A DNA stretch of 56,455 nucleotides from Actinomycetota bacterium (GTDB taxonomy: Bacteria > Actinomycetota > Acidimicrobiia > Acidimicrobiales > CADCTF01), in contig JAHWJU010000004.1 of assembly GCA_019348255.1 (NCBI GenBank), forward strand, positions 1 through 56,455, written 5' to 3'. Positions 30,180-38,408 of this stretch are shown piece by piece. Below the pieces are notes generated by a model. The model searched no databases. It was not told where the DNA came from and saw only the letters and a program-made list of their open reading frames with translations. The position numbers were made by a program, and so were the translations under genes. Positions within the stretch are counted from its first letter, which is position 1, and each line of letters starts with the position of its first letter.

Positions 30180-31304
30180 ATGACCAACCACGACCGCAAC
30201 CCGGCTCAGGGGGCGCCACCCCGCCGGCGTCACCGCACCCTCGTCGTTGCCGTATCCGTGCTCGCCTTCGCCCTGATGCCCAGGGCCGCCCAGGCGTCGG
30301 ATGATCCGTCCTATGCCAAGCAGTGGGCACTCCCCAAGATCGGTGCGCCGGCGGCCTGGACGACCACCACCGGCCACGGTGTCCGCATCGGCATCGTCGA
30401 CACCGGGATCGACCTGGTCCACGAGGACCTGGCCGGCGCCGTGGTGGCCCACACCAGCTGCATCGGATCGGGCGGTGACCCGTCCCGGTGCAAGGGCTCG
30501 GCGCAGGACGACCACGGCCATGGAACCCACGTCGCCGGCATCGCCGCCGCCCGCAAGGACAACGGTCTCGGCATCGCCGGCGTGGCCCCCGGTGCCGAAC
30601 TGGTCGTCGTCAAGGCCCTGGATGCGAAGGGTTCAGGCACCACCGAGGACATCAACGGTGGCATCAGGTGGGCCGTCGACAACGGGGCGCGGGTGGTGAA
30701 CCTGAGTCTCGGGGGCAACTTCCTCATCACCAGCCTGTTCGGCACCCCGCTCTCCGACGGGATCTCCTACGCCTGGTCGAAGGGAGCGGTGGTGGTGCTG
30801 GCGTCGGGAAACAGCAACCTCCTGGGCCTGGGGATCGGCAGCTCCGATTACGGGAAGCTGCCGGCCATCGTGGTGGGCGCGACACGCCCCGACGACCGGG
30901 TGGCGAGCTACTCGAGCCCGACCGGCAACGCCCGGTGGTCGATCCTTGCGCCGGGCGGCGCGGGAACGGGGACAGCGGGCTCTGACGTCCTTTCCGCCTA
31001 CTGGCGCCCGGGCCAGGCCAACCAGTACGCGGCGCTGGCCGGCACCTCGATGGCGACGCCGCACGTGGCCGGTGCGGCCGCGTTGGTGCTGAGCCGGGGC
31101 TCGACGCCCGACGCTGCCGTGCAACGGATCCTGGAGACCGCGGACCGTCGGGTTCCGTGCGGCTCGGGCAGCCCGACCTGCAGGGGCCGCCTCGACGTAG
31201 CCGCAGCCGTGGCCGAGGCACCCCCTACGGCTGGTGACCCGCCGCCGTCGGGGGGGCTGCTCGACGGCTTGCTCGGCCTCGGCGCCCTGCGCCTCTTCGG
31301 CTGA
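30180..31304 (+). CDS. Secreted S8 (subtilisin-like) serine peptidase
   Basis: Arg-rich signal peptide ending AQA; IVDTGID, HGTHVAG, ASGN, GTSMATPHVAG. Confidence 0.94.
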   Translation: MTNHDRNPAQGAPPRRRHRTLVVAVSVLAFALMPRAAQASDDPSYAKQWALPKIGAPAAWTTTTGHGVRIGIVDTGIDLVHEDLAGAVVAHTSCIGSGGDPSRCKGSAQDDHGHGTHVAGIAAARKDNGLGIAGVAPGAELVVVKALDAKGSGTTEDINGGIRWAVDNGARVVNLSLGGNFLITSLFGTPLSDGISYAWSKGAVVVLASGNSNLLGLGIGSSDYGKLPAIVVGATRPDDRVASYSSPTGNARWSILAPGGAGTGTAGSDVLSAYWRPGQANQYAALAGTSMATPHVAGAAALVLSRGSTPDAAVQRILETADRRVPCGSGSPTCRGRLDVAAAVAEAPPTAGDPPPSGGLLDGLLGLGALRLFG

Positions 31305-31329
31305 GGGTGCCGCTGCTCCCCGCCACGAG

Positions 31330-31683
31330 CTAACCCCGCTTCTCCTCGACCGGACCGCCCAGCGCCAGCCAGACCGCCTGGGTGTTGTCATAGAGCTGAT
31401 CCGGTAGCGACTCCAGGGCCCGGATGACCGACTGCGGCGCGAAGTTCTCGACCGCGGAGGTGGCCAGCTGCTGGGGCCGGGCCGGGAACACCGCCGGTTC
31501 GATGAATCGGGCCAGCTCGGCCCGTCGGTCGGCGTCGTGGTCGTCGAGCACGCCCGGCACCGCCTGGACCACGTCGGGCCGACTGTCGGTGGGGCGGAGC
31601 GCATCTCGGGCATCCTCACCGGCGCGGGTGTCCTTCTGAAGGTCGTCGTCGACCCGGGCGCCGTGCTTGTCGCTCATTTCCAT
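31330..31683 (-). CDS. DUF2795 domain protein
   Basis: SDKHGARVDD N-terminus; RAELARFIEPAVFPA..L..A..APQSV..L..LP..YDN..VW.ALG. Confidence 0.75.
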   Translation of the reverse strand: MEMSDKHGARVDDDLQKDTRAGEDARDALRPTDSRPDVVQAVPGVLDDHDADRRAELARFIEPAVFPARPQQLATSAVENFAPQSVIRALESLPDQLYDNTQAVWLALGGPVEEKRG

Positions 31684-31700
31684 GCTCAACCGTTACCCGT

Positions 31701-32750
31701 TCAAGGCGCTGCCAACTCGTCCAGCACCACGGCCCCGACGGCCAGGCCCAGGACGGCGAGGAGTGCCCCTGCCAGTCCGAACAGCTCGAGCCCGGCAAAT
31801 CCGCCGGCGGTGGTGAGGAAAGGACCGACCCTCACCGTCCGCCGTTCGAGGGGTCGCTGGAGGACCAGGTACTCGAAGACCTCATAGGCCATGAACACGA
31901 CGGCGACGGCGGCGCCGGCTGCGGGGTCGGCCGCCGTCGCCAGCAGCACGATCGGGAGCGCTCCCACCACCGCGCCGAGCACAGGGACGGCGTCCCACAG
32001 AGCCACCCATACCGCGAGAGGCGCGGGACCGGGAACGTCGAAGGCACGAGCCACCCCGTAGCCGAGCAATCCCGCCAGCCCGCTCATGACCAGCGTCCCG
32101 CGCGCGTAGCCGAAGGCCCGGCGGTACACGGCACCGGCGACCGCGCTGGCGCGGGCTCGGGTCCCTTCGTCGTGGAGCTGACGAGCGGCTCCCGCAGCCA
32201 ACCTCGGCCCGTGCAAGAGGAAGAACAAGGTCAGTACGGCCACGGCCAGAAAGGCCAGACCGCGGGTCGCCGCGGCCCGCACCGCCTCGGCCGGGGTGCC
32301 GCCCCGGAGCCGCTCGGGGACGCTATCGACGAACCCGGCGACCCGTTCGCTCAGGTCGAGCTCGGTGGCCGCCTCGGAGAACCGGCCCGAGCGTTCGAGC
32401 TCGGCCGCCAGCCTCGGGGCTTGACGTTGCAGGTTCCGGGTCTCGCGCACCAGCCCGCCGACCAAGCCGTAGCCGACGCCGCCGATGGCGACCAGCGTGG
32501 TCACGGCCACGAGCAACACCGCCAGCCCCCGGGGCATGCGCCGCTCCAGCCATTCGACCGCAGGATGAAGGAGGGCGGCGACCGAGGAGGCGATGAGCGC
32601 CCAGGCCACCACCCGCTCCGCGCTGGCCAGCACCCGCAGGAGGACCAAGGTGATGCCGACCACGGCCACGGCCAGGGCCACCGATCGACCTGTGACCCGC
32701 AGCCGCTCAGGAGGGCGCGGCGCGCCAGCCGTCTCGGGCGAGTCGGGCAT
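31701..32750 (-). CDS. AI-2E family transporter
   Basis: Multi-TM; AALLHPAVEWLERR, LTLFFLLHG, WDAVPVLGAVVG, EYLVLQR. Start ATG 32750. Confidence 0.85.
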   Translation of the reverse strand: MPDSPETAGAPRPPERLRVTGRSVALAVAVVGITLVLLRVLASAERVVAWALIASSVAALLHPAVEWLERRMPRGLAVLLVAVTTLVAIGGVGYGLVGGLVRETRNLQRQAPRLAAELERSGRFSEAATELDLSERVAGFVDSVPERLRGGTPAEAVRAAATRGLAFLAVAVLTLFFLLHGPRLAAGAARQLHDEGTRARASAVAGAVYRRAFGYARGTLVMSGLAGLLGYGVARAFDVPGPAPLAVWVALWDAVPVLGAVVGALPIVLLATAADPAAGAAVAVVFMAYEVFEYLVLQRPLERRTVRVGPFLTTAGGFAGLELFGLAGALLAVLGLAVGAVVLDELAAP

Positions 32751-32769
32751 GCGCCGGTACAGTACCGAC
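32751..32769. promoter_or_regulatory. Bidirectional leaderless promoter (overlapping -10 elements)
   Basis: TACAGTA gives TACAGT on plus (32758-32763, 6 nt before GTG 32770) and TACTGT on minus (32764-32759, 8 nt before ATG 32750). Confidence 0.6.
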
Positions 32770-33912
32770 GTGGCTGCCTCGACCGGCGCCGATGCGCCGG
32801 CGGTCGACCTGGACTGGCGGACGCTTGGGTGGCTGGGCCTGTCGGTGGCCGGCCTGGTGCTGCTGAGCGGGCTGGCCCGGTCGATCCCCCGCACGCTGGC
32901 CGCGATGGGAGTGGCCGGCGTCCTGGCTGTCGGGCTCAACCCGTTGGTGGTCGGCCTGACGGAGCGCCTGCGGCTGTCCAGGGCCGGAGCTCTTGCGGTG
33001 GTGCTCGGTGGCTTCACCACGGCCGTGGTCGTGGTGGGCCTGGTGCTGGTCCCGCCGGTGAGCCGCCAGGCCCGGGACCTGACGGCTGATCTGCCGGCGG
33101 TTCTCGACGACCTCGGCGACCTGCCGGTGGTGGGCGACCGGCTCGAGGAGGCCGGCGTTCCCGACCGCATGGAGGCCGCCCTGCAGGAGCTCCCGGAGCG
33201 GTTGTCGGGAAAGGACACGCCCCTCGTACGCATCGGTCGCCGGGCCGCCGACGGGTTGCTGGCGGCGGTGGTCACGCTGCTGTTCGCGGTGACACTGCTG
33301 TTGGACGGGGAGCGACTGGTTCGGGCGGCGCGGCGGCTGGTGCCGGCGTCCCGGCGCCTGCGGGCCGACCGCATCGCCCATTTGAGCTACGGCGTCGTCG
33401 GCCGCTACGTGGCCGGGTCGTTGCTGGTGGCCGGCGTGGCCGGTATCGCCACGCTCACGGGCGGTCTGGTGCTGGGCGTGCCCCTGGCTCCGCTGGTGGC
33501 GCTGTGGGTGATGGTCTGGAACCTCGTGCCCCAGATCGGCGGGGCCGTCGGTGGCATCCCGTTCGTGCTCCTGGGGTTCACCCGCGGCGCGGCGACGGGG
33601 CTGGCCTGCGCCGCGTTCTTCGTCGTCTACCTGCAGATCGAGAACAACGTGCTGGGCCCCCTACTGGTGGGCCAGTCCGTCAAGCTGTCGCCGCCGGCCA
33701 CCATGACCGCGGCCCTGGTCGGGGTCTCCGCCGGCGGAGTGGTGGGTGCACTGCTGGCCGTTCCACTCCTGGGGGCGGCCAAGGCCATCTACCTCGAGGT
33801 GCGCCCGGTCCGAGCCGAGTCGCAGCCAGATGCCGTGCCCGGCGACCTCCCGCCCGACGACCTCCCGCGGGGGGACCTCCCGCCCGACGACGAGGTCAGG
33901 GTGACTCGGTGA
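32770..33912 (+). CDS. AI-2E family transporter (divergent paralogue)
   Basis: LAVGLNPLV, LLLDGERL, NLVPQIGG, YLQIENNVLGP..G.SVKLSP, GALLAVPL. Start GTG 32770 (or ATG 32749). Confidence 0.88.
   Translation: MAASTGADAPAVDLDWRTLGWLGLSVAGLVLLSGLARSIPRTLAAMGVAGVLAVGLNPLVVGLTERLRLSRAGALAVVLGGFTTAVVVVGLVLVPPVSRQARDLTADLPAVLDDLGDLPVVGDRLEEAGVPDRMEAALQELPERLSGKDTPLVRIGRRAADGLLAAVVTLLFAVTLLLDGERLVRAARRLVPASRRLRADRIAHLSYGVVGRYVAGSLLVAGVAGIATLTGGLVLGVPLAPLVALWVMVWNLVPQIGGAVGGIPFVLLGFTRGAATGLACAAFFVVYLQIENNVLGPLLVGQSVKLSPPATMTAALVGVSAGGVVGALLAVPLLGAAKAIYLEVRPVRAESQPDAVPGDLPPDDLPRGDLPPDDEVRVTR
33844..33888 (+). repeat. 15-bp x3 tandem repeat at 3' end of AI-2E gene
   Basis: GACCTCCCGCCCGAC / GACCTCCCGCGGGGG / GACCTCCCGCCCGAC (DLPPD DLPRG DLPPD). 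Confidence 0.8.
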
Positions 33913-34285
33913 TGTGCATGGCCGACTCCTCGGCCGTCATCGCCCCCTCGTCGGGGATCAGGAGGGCCAACTCGTCCTTTTCGACGTCCACCGCGTCGAC
34001 GTCGCCACCACCGGGCGCCACCAGGCGGCCCCCCATCAGGTCGTTGTCGTCGAGATCGGATCCCAGGATGTCGTCGATGTCCGGCTCCGGCTCCTCCCGG
34101 CGCACCCGCTCGGCCAGAGGCTCCTCCTGGCGCTCCTCGGCGGCGGTGACGCCGAACTCGTCGACGCCCTGGGGGTAGTCCCGCGGCGGGATCTGGCCCT
34201 CGTCCTGGTTGATGGGCGCCTCGAGATCGGGGATGCCCTCGGCGTCCATCTCGTTGCCTCGGTCGTAGGGCAGGTTGCCTTCCAT
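33896..34285 (-). CDS. DUF5709-like acidic hypothetical protein
   Basis: GVTAAEE...EPLAERVRREEPE, GRLVAP, C-terminal TAEESAMHI. Confidence 0.75.
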   Translation of the reverse strand: MEGNLPYDRGNEMDAEGIPDLEAPINQDEGQIPPRDYPQGVDEFGVTAAEERQEEPLAERVRREEPEPDIDDILGSDLDDNDLMGGRLVAPGGGDVDAVDVEKDELALLIPDEGAMTAEESAMHITESP

Positions 34286-34309
34286 GGCCCGACCATACCC
34301 ACCGCCCGT

Positions 34310-34765
34310 TCAGCGCAACAGGGCGAGCGCACGGGCGACCGCTTCTGCGGCATCGCCCGCCACGTCGACCCCCGGCAGGTCCCAGGTGGCGAGGCCGACC
34401 ACGGGTGTCCGTGTCTTGAGCGCGAAGCCGATCTCGCTCAGGGTGCCGAACCCACCTCCGACGGCGATGAGCACGTCACTGGCCCGCACCACCAGGACGT
34501 TGCGGGCCTCGCCCAGCCCGGTGGCGATGGCGACGTCCAGCCACCGGTTGCCCTCGGCGCGGTCGGTTCCGGGAAGCAGACCGACGGTGGTCCCGCCCCC
34601 GGCCTTGGCGCCCCGGCAGGCTGCCTCCATGACGCCGCCCAGCCCGCCCGACACCACCACGCCACCCGCCCCCGCGACGGCCCGGCCGACCTCCTCGGCC
34701 GCGGCCAGAACCGCCTCGTCGGCCTCGGCCGAGCCGGCTCCGACCACTCCGACGTAGACGGCCAT
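34310..34765 (-). CDS. TIGR00725 family (LOG/SLOG-like) protein
   Basis: VSGGLGGVMEAACRGAK..GG.TVGLLPG, TGLGEARN, GGGFGTLSEI. Confidence 0.9.
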   Translation of the reverse strand: MAVYVGVVGAGSAEADEAVLAAAEEVGRAVAGAGGVVVSGGLGGVMEAACRGAKAGGGTTVGLLPGTDRAEGNRWLDVAIATGLGEARNVLVVRASDVLIAVGGGFGTLSEIGFALKTRTPVVGLATWDLPGVDVAGDAAEAVARALALLR

Positions 34766-34785
34766 GGCTGCAAGACTGCCGCGTC

Positions 34786-35145
34786 ATGAGCGAAGAGGAA
34801 ACGACCGTCTGGTTCAACCCCAGCTGCTCCAAGTGCAGGGGGGCGCGCGACCTGCTCTCCGAACAGGGCGTCGAGGCCAACTACCTGGAGTACCTGCAGC
34901 AGGCCCCCAGCCGCGCCGAGCTCGAGCGTGTCATGGGCCTGCTGGGCATCGACGACCCCCGCCAGATGATGCGCACCGGTGAGCCGGTCTACGCCCAGTT
35001 GGGGCTGGACGCCGCCGACCGCGACCGGCTCCTCGACGCCATGGTGGACCATCCCGTCCTGATCGAGCGCCCGGTGGTGATCCGGGGTGACCGGGCCGTG
35101 ATCGGCCGGCCGCCCGAGCGGGTCCTCGAGCTGCTGGAACCCTGA
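34786..35145 (+). CDS. arsC: ArsC/Spx family reductase
   Basis: NPSCSKCR, YL..APSRAEL, HPVLIERPVV, IGRPPE. Confidence 0.85.
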   Translation: MSEEETTVWFNPSCSKCRGARDLLSEQGVEANYLEYLQQAPSRAELERVMGLLGIDDPRQMMRTGEPVYAQLGLDAADRDRLLDAMVDHPVLIERPVVIRGDRAVIGRPPERVLELLEP

Positions 35146-35199
35146 CCACGGCGGCCGAGCCGGCCGCTGAAAGGGCGGGAACCACCTGGCCGGCGGAGA

Positions 35200-36027
35200 T
35201 CAGCGGGTCGCTCTGGCCGTCCCCTTGGGCGCCTGGGCCCGGCCTTTCCCGTCGATCCTCTGGCCGGCCCGACTGCGCTCCTCGGAGACCCGGGCCTTGC
35301 CCACCTGCACGAGCCGCATCACGGTGACCAGTGCCAGTCCCCCCACCAGGTTGCCCAAAGTCGACCACGCCAGCACCCCGAGCCAGTCGAGGTAGCCGAA
35401 GGGTGCCCCCGCCTGCAAGGCCGCGAACATGATCAGTGAGACCACGATGGCGTGGAACAGCGAGCCGGCGGCCAGCAGGAAGGCGGCGGCCACGGCGGCC
35501 ACGAGCTTCCCGGGCATGGAGTCGGTCCCCCGCTGCATCCAGGTCATGAGGGTGATGATGCTGCCGCCGAGGACAGCGGCGGCGAAGGACTCGCGGCCTA
35601 TCCCGACCCGGGTGTAGTGGGTGCCCAGGCGGATGGCGGTCTCGTGCACCTGGGGGACGCCGATCGAGACGACCGCCATCATGATCCAGCCCCCGGCCAG
35701 GTTCGTCAGCCCGGTCCCGGCCCACAGGCGGACCACCGCCATCGGACTGGCTCGACCGGCGGCCACGGCCATGACGGGCACCAGGAAGTTCTCGGTGAAC
35801 AGCTCGCTGCTGGCCAGCGTCAGCGCGATGAAGCCGATCCCGAAGGCCAGCCCTCCGAGCAGGGCGCTGCCGGTGACCTCCTCTACCAGGAACAGCGCGA
35901 GCACCCCCATGCCGACGTCGAACCCTCCGACGGCACCGGTGGCGAGCAGCGTCGGCCAGTTGCGGCCGAGCCGCTCCTCGCCCTGTTCCAGAGATCGTCG
36001 AAAGGTCGAAGTCAGCTCCTCCGTCAT
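35200..36027 (-). CDS. Formate/nitrite transporter (FNT) family protein
   Basis: FGIGFIAL..SELFTENF, NLAGG, HAIV, LGNLVGG. Start ATG 36027. Confidence 0.87.
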   Translation of the reverse strand: MTEELTSTFRRSLEQGEERLGRNWPTLLATGAVGGFDVGMGVLALFLVEEVTGSALLGGLAFGIGFIALTLASSELFTENFLVPVMAVAAGRASPMAVVRLWAGTGLTNLAGGWIMMAVVSIGVPQVHETAIRLGTHYTRVGIGRESFAAAVLGGSIITLMTWMQRGTDSMPGKLVAAVAAAFLLAAGSLFHAIVVSLIMFAALQAGAPFGYLDWLGVLAWSTLGNLVGGLALVTVMRLVQVGKARVSEERSRAGQRIDGKGRAQAPKGTARATR

Positions 36028-36168
36028 GTCGATGCCATACCCACGATGGCCAGCTTCTGAGGCACCCCCGCCGGTCGTGGCCGAACGTGAGCTGGCCGAG
36101 GACGACCCCCAGGCGCTTGCGTCCACTGCTTCGCGGGGGCCGTCGGTACCGCCTACCGTGGTGGCGAG

Positions 36169-37119
36169 ATGAACCAGGTCCTCAAGAGCAACGACCTCTG
36201 CTGGTGCGGAAGCGGCCGCAAGTTCAAGCGCTGCCACAAGGCGGCGGCCGACCGCGTCCGGCCCGGGCGCGTCACGCCGATGCGGCCGGTGCCACCCGAG
36301 ATCCCCCGGCCGCCGTACGCCGAGACGGGGGAGGTCGAGCGCCGGCCCGAGCCGAGGGTCAAGACAGCCGATGTGCTGGCCCGGATGCGGGTGGCCGGTC
36401 GGGTGGCGGCGGAGATCCTCCAGGTGGTGGGGGCGGCGGTGCGGCCCGGTGTCACCACCGAAGAGCTCGACGCCCTGGCGCACGAGGAGTACCTGAGGCG
36501 CGGCGCCTACCCCAGTCCCCTCAACTACCACGGCTACCCCAAGTCGATCTGCACCTCCGTCAACGAGGTGATCTGCCACGGGATCCCCGACGACCGGAGG
36601 CTCGCCGACGGCGACATCGTCAACGTCGACGTCACCGCCTATGTGGACGGCGTCCATGGCGACACCAACGCGACTTTCCTGGTGGGCGAGGTCGACGAGG
36701 CGTCGCGGCGGCTGGTGCAGGTGACCCGCGAGTGCCTCGACCTCGGGATCGCCGCCGTCCGCCCCGGGCGGCCACTCTCCGACATCGGCCGGGCCATACA
36801 GGAGCACGCCGAAGCGCAGGGCTACGGGGTCGTGCGCTCGTTCATCGGCCACGGCATCGGCGAGCAGTTCCACACCGACCTGCACATCCTGCACTACTAC
36901 GAGCCGCGGCTGACCACCGAGATGGAGCCGGGGATGACCTTCACCATCGAGCCCATGATCACCATGGGCGACTGGCGCCACCGGATGTGGGACGACGGCT
37001 GGACCGCGGTGACGGTGGACCTGAAGCGGACGGCGCAGTTCGAACACACTTTGGTGGTGACCGGGGACGGTGCCGACGTCCTCACCGACCTGTCGTCGGT
37101 GAGCAGCGCCCTCAGTTGA
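36169..37119 (+). CDS. map: Type I methionine aminopeptidase with N-terminal SEC-C motif
   Basis: NDLCWCGSGRKFKRCH; CTSVNEVICHGIPD, DIVNVDVT..HGDT, GHGIG..FH, FTIEPM, AQFEHT. Confidence 0.96.
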   Translation: MNQVLKSNDLCWCGSGRKFKRCHKAAADRVRPGRVTPMRPVPPEIPRPPYAETGEVERRPEPRVKTADVLARMRVAGRVAAEILQVVGAAVRPGVTTEELDALAHEEYLRRGAYPSPLNYHGYPKSICTSVNEVICHGIPDDRRLADGDIVNVDVTAYVDGVHGDTNATFLVGEVDEASRRLVQVTRECLDLGIAAVRPGRPLSDIGRAIQEHAEAQGYGVVRSFIGHGIGEQFHTDLHILHYYEPRLTTEMEPGMTFTIEPMITMGDWRHRMWDDGWTAVTVDLKRTAQFEHTLVVTGDGADVLTDLSSVSSALS

Positions 37120-38356
37120 CCCGGCCTGCCCCGGTGTAGTCGGAACGGTAGATCGACGCGTAGCGCACCGGCGTGCCGGTCTGGGAGGCCTCGATCATCT
37201 GACCGTTGCCGATGTAGAGGCCGACGTGGTGGATGGGGTCGCCGTAGAACAGCAGATCTCCCGGCTTGATGTCGGTGATGTCGACCCGACTGGTGGCCGA
37301 CCACTGCGCCCTCGACGAATGGGGCAGTGACTTGCCGCCGGCGCGCCACGACCACAGGGTGAGCCCGCTGCAGTCGAAGCTGTCGGGGCCGGAGGCCCCC
37401 CATTCGTAGGGCTTGCCGATCTGGCGCCGGGCCTCGGCGATGGCCGCGTCGGCGCCCGCCGACGGGGGTGGTGCGGAGCCCGAGCCACCCCCCGCCGCAG
37501 GCGGTTTCGTCGTCGTGGTGGTGGTGGGGGGGCGCAACGTCGTGGTGGTGGCCCGGGCGATGGTCCCCGACGGGCTGGCGGGAGCCGCGGTGGTCGCCGG
37601 CGTGGCACGAGCCCGCGCCGCGGCTTCACGGGCGGCGGCCTCGCGTGCGGCGGCCTCGCGTGCGTCTGCCTCCTGGCGCGCCCGGCGCGCCGCCAGCTCG
37701 GCCTGGGCCCGCCTGGCCTCCTCCTCAGCGCGGCGCTGCGCCTCGGCCGCCACCAGGCCGGCCAACTCTCCTTGGACCTTGGCCAGCGTCTCCCGCTGGG
37801 TCGCCTCCGCCGCGGCCGCCTCCTGCCGCTTCCTCTCCGCCACGGCCGCCATCGCCGCCGCTTCCGCCTGGGCCTGGTCCAGGACCTGTTGCTGGTCCTG
37901 CAGCCTCAGCCGAACGCTGCGCAGCTCGTCGAGGGTCTCGACGCTGCCGGCGGTCACCGTCATCACGTACTGCGTCCGCACCGCCAGCTCCTCGGTGCTG
38001 CGGGTGTTGATGAGCAGCTCGAGGGCCTGGCTCGACCCCCCCCGGATGTAGGCCTGTACCGACTGTTCCTTGAGACGGCGCTTGATGCGGCCCACCTGCT
38101 CGTCCGTGCGGCTCACCTTGACCCGGGCCGCGGCCACCTCCTCGGCAATCCCCGCTATGCGGACCCGCGCCTCGTCGTAGTCCTCGGCCAGCATGCTCAC
38201 CCGCCTGCTCTGCTGCTCGAGCTCGCGGGCGATGCGGGCCGCCTCCTCCTTCTTCTCGCTGATCGGGTCGCCGGCGGCGGGACTGGCAAAGACTGTGGGC
38301 ACGAGGAGGGCCAGCGCCAAGAGGGCGCCCGCCCGCCTCTCGCTGAGACGGGTCAC
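37112..38356 (-). CDS. NlpC/P60 peptidoglycan endopeptidase with N-terminal coiled coil (PcsB/RipA-like)
   Basis: Signal peptide, long coiled coil, Thr/Pro linker, [37 protein letters not shown]. Confidence 0.93.
   Translation of the reverse strand: MTRLSERRAGALLALALLVPTVFASPAAGDPISEKKEEAARIARELEQQSRRVSMLAEDYDEARVRIAGIAEEVAAARVKVSRTDEQVGRIKRRLKEQSVQAYIRGGSSQALELLINTRSTEELAVRTQYVMTVTAGSVETLDELRSVRLRLQDQQQVLDQAQAEAAAMAAVAERKRQEAAAAEATQRETLAKVQGELAGLVAAEAQRRAEEEARRAQAELAARRARQEADAREAAAREAAAREAAARARATPATTAAPASPSGTIARATTTTLRPPTTTTTTKPPAAGGGSGSAPPPSAGADAAIAEARRQIGKPYEWGASGPDSFDCSGLTLWSWRAGGKSLPHSSRAQWSATSRVDITDIKPGDLLFYGDPIHHVGLYIGNGQMIEASQTGTPVRYASIYRSDYTGAGRVN
37613..37672 (-). repeat. (EAxAR)4 coding repeat in NlpC/P60 linker
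   Basis: [20 protein letters not shown], 15-bp imperfect units. Confidence 0.7.
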
Positions 38357-38408
38357 AGGGGAAGTGTCACCTTTTGGTCGAGCTGAGGCCCAAGGCTACC
38401 GTTCAAAG

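Noticed and set aside
36048-36139. Nested inverted repeats between FNT and map (possible structured RNA)
   Set aside because: Stems are 4-8 bp and GC-rich, as expected by chance here. They match no RNA family I recognise, and covariation data would be needed.
38357-38408. c-di-AMP (ydaO) riboswitch or MtrA box upstream of the NlpC/P60 gene
   Set aside because: The gap is only 52 bp, too short for the riboswitch. The two GTCAC pentamers are 15 bp apart, not one helical turn.
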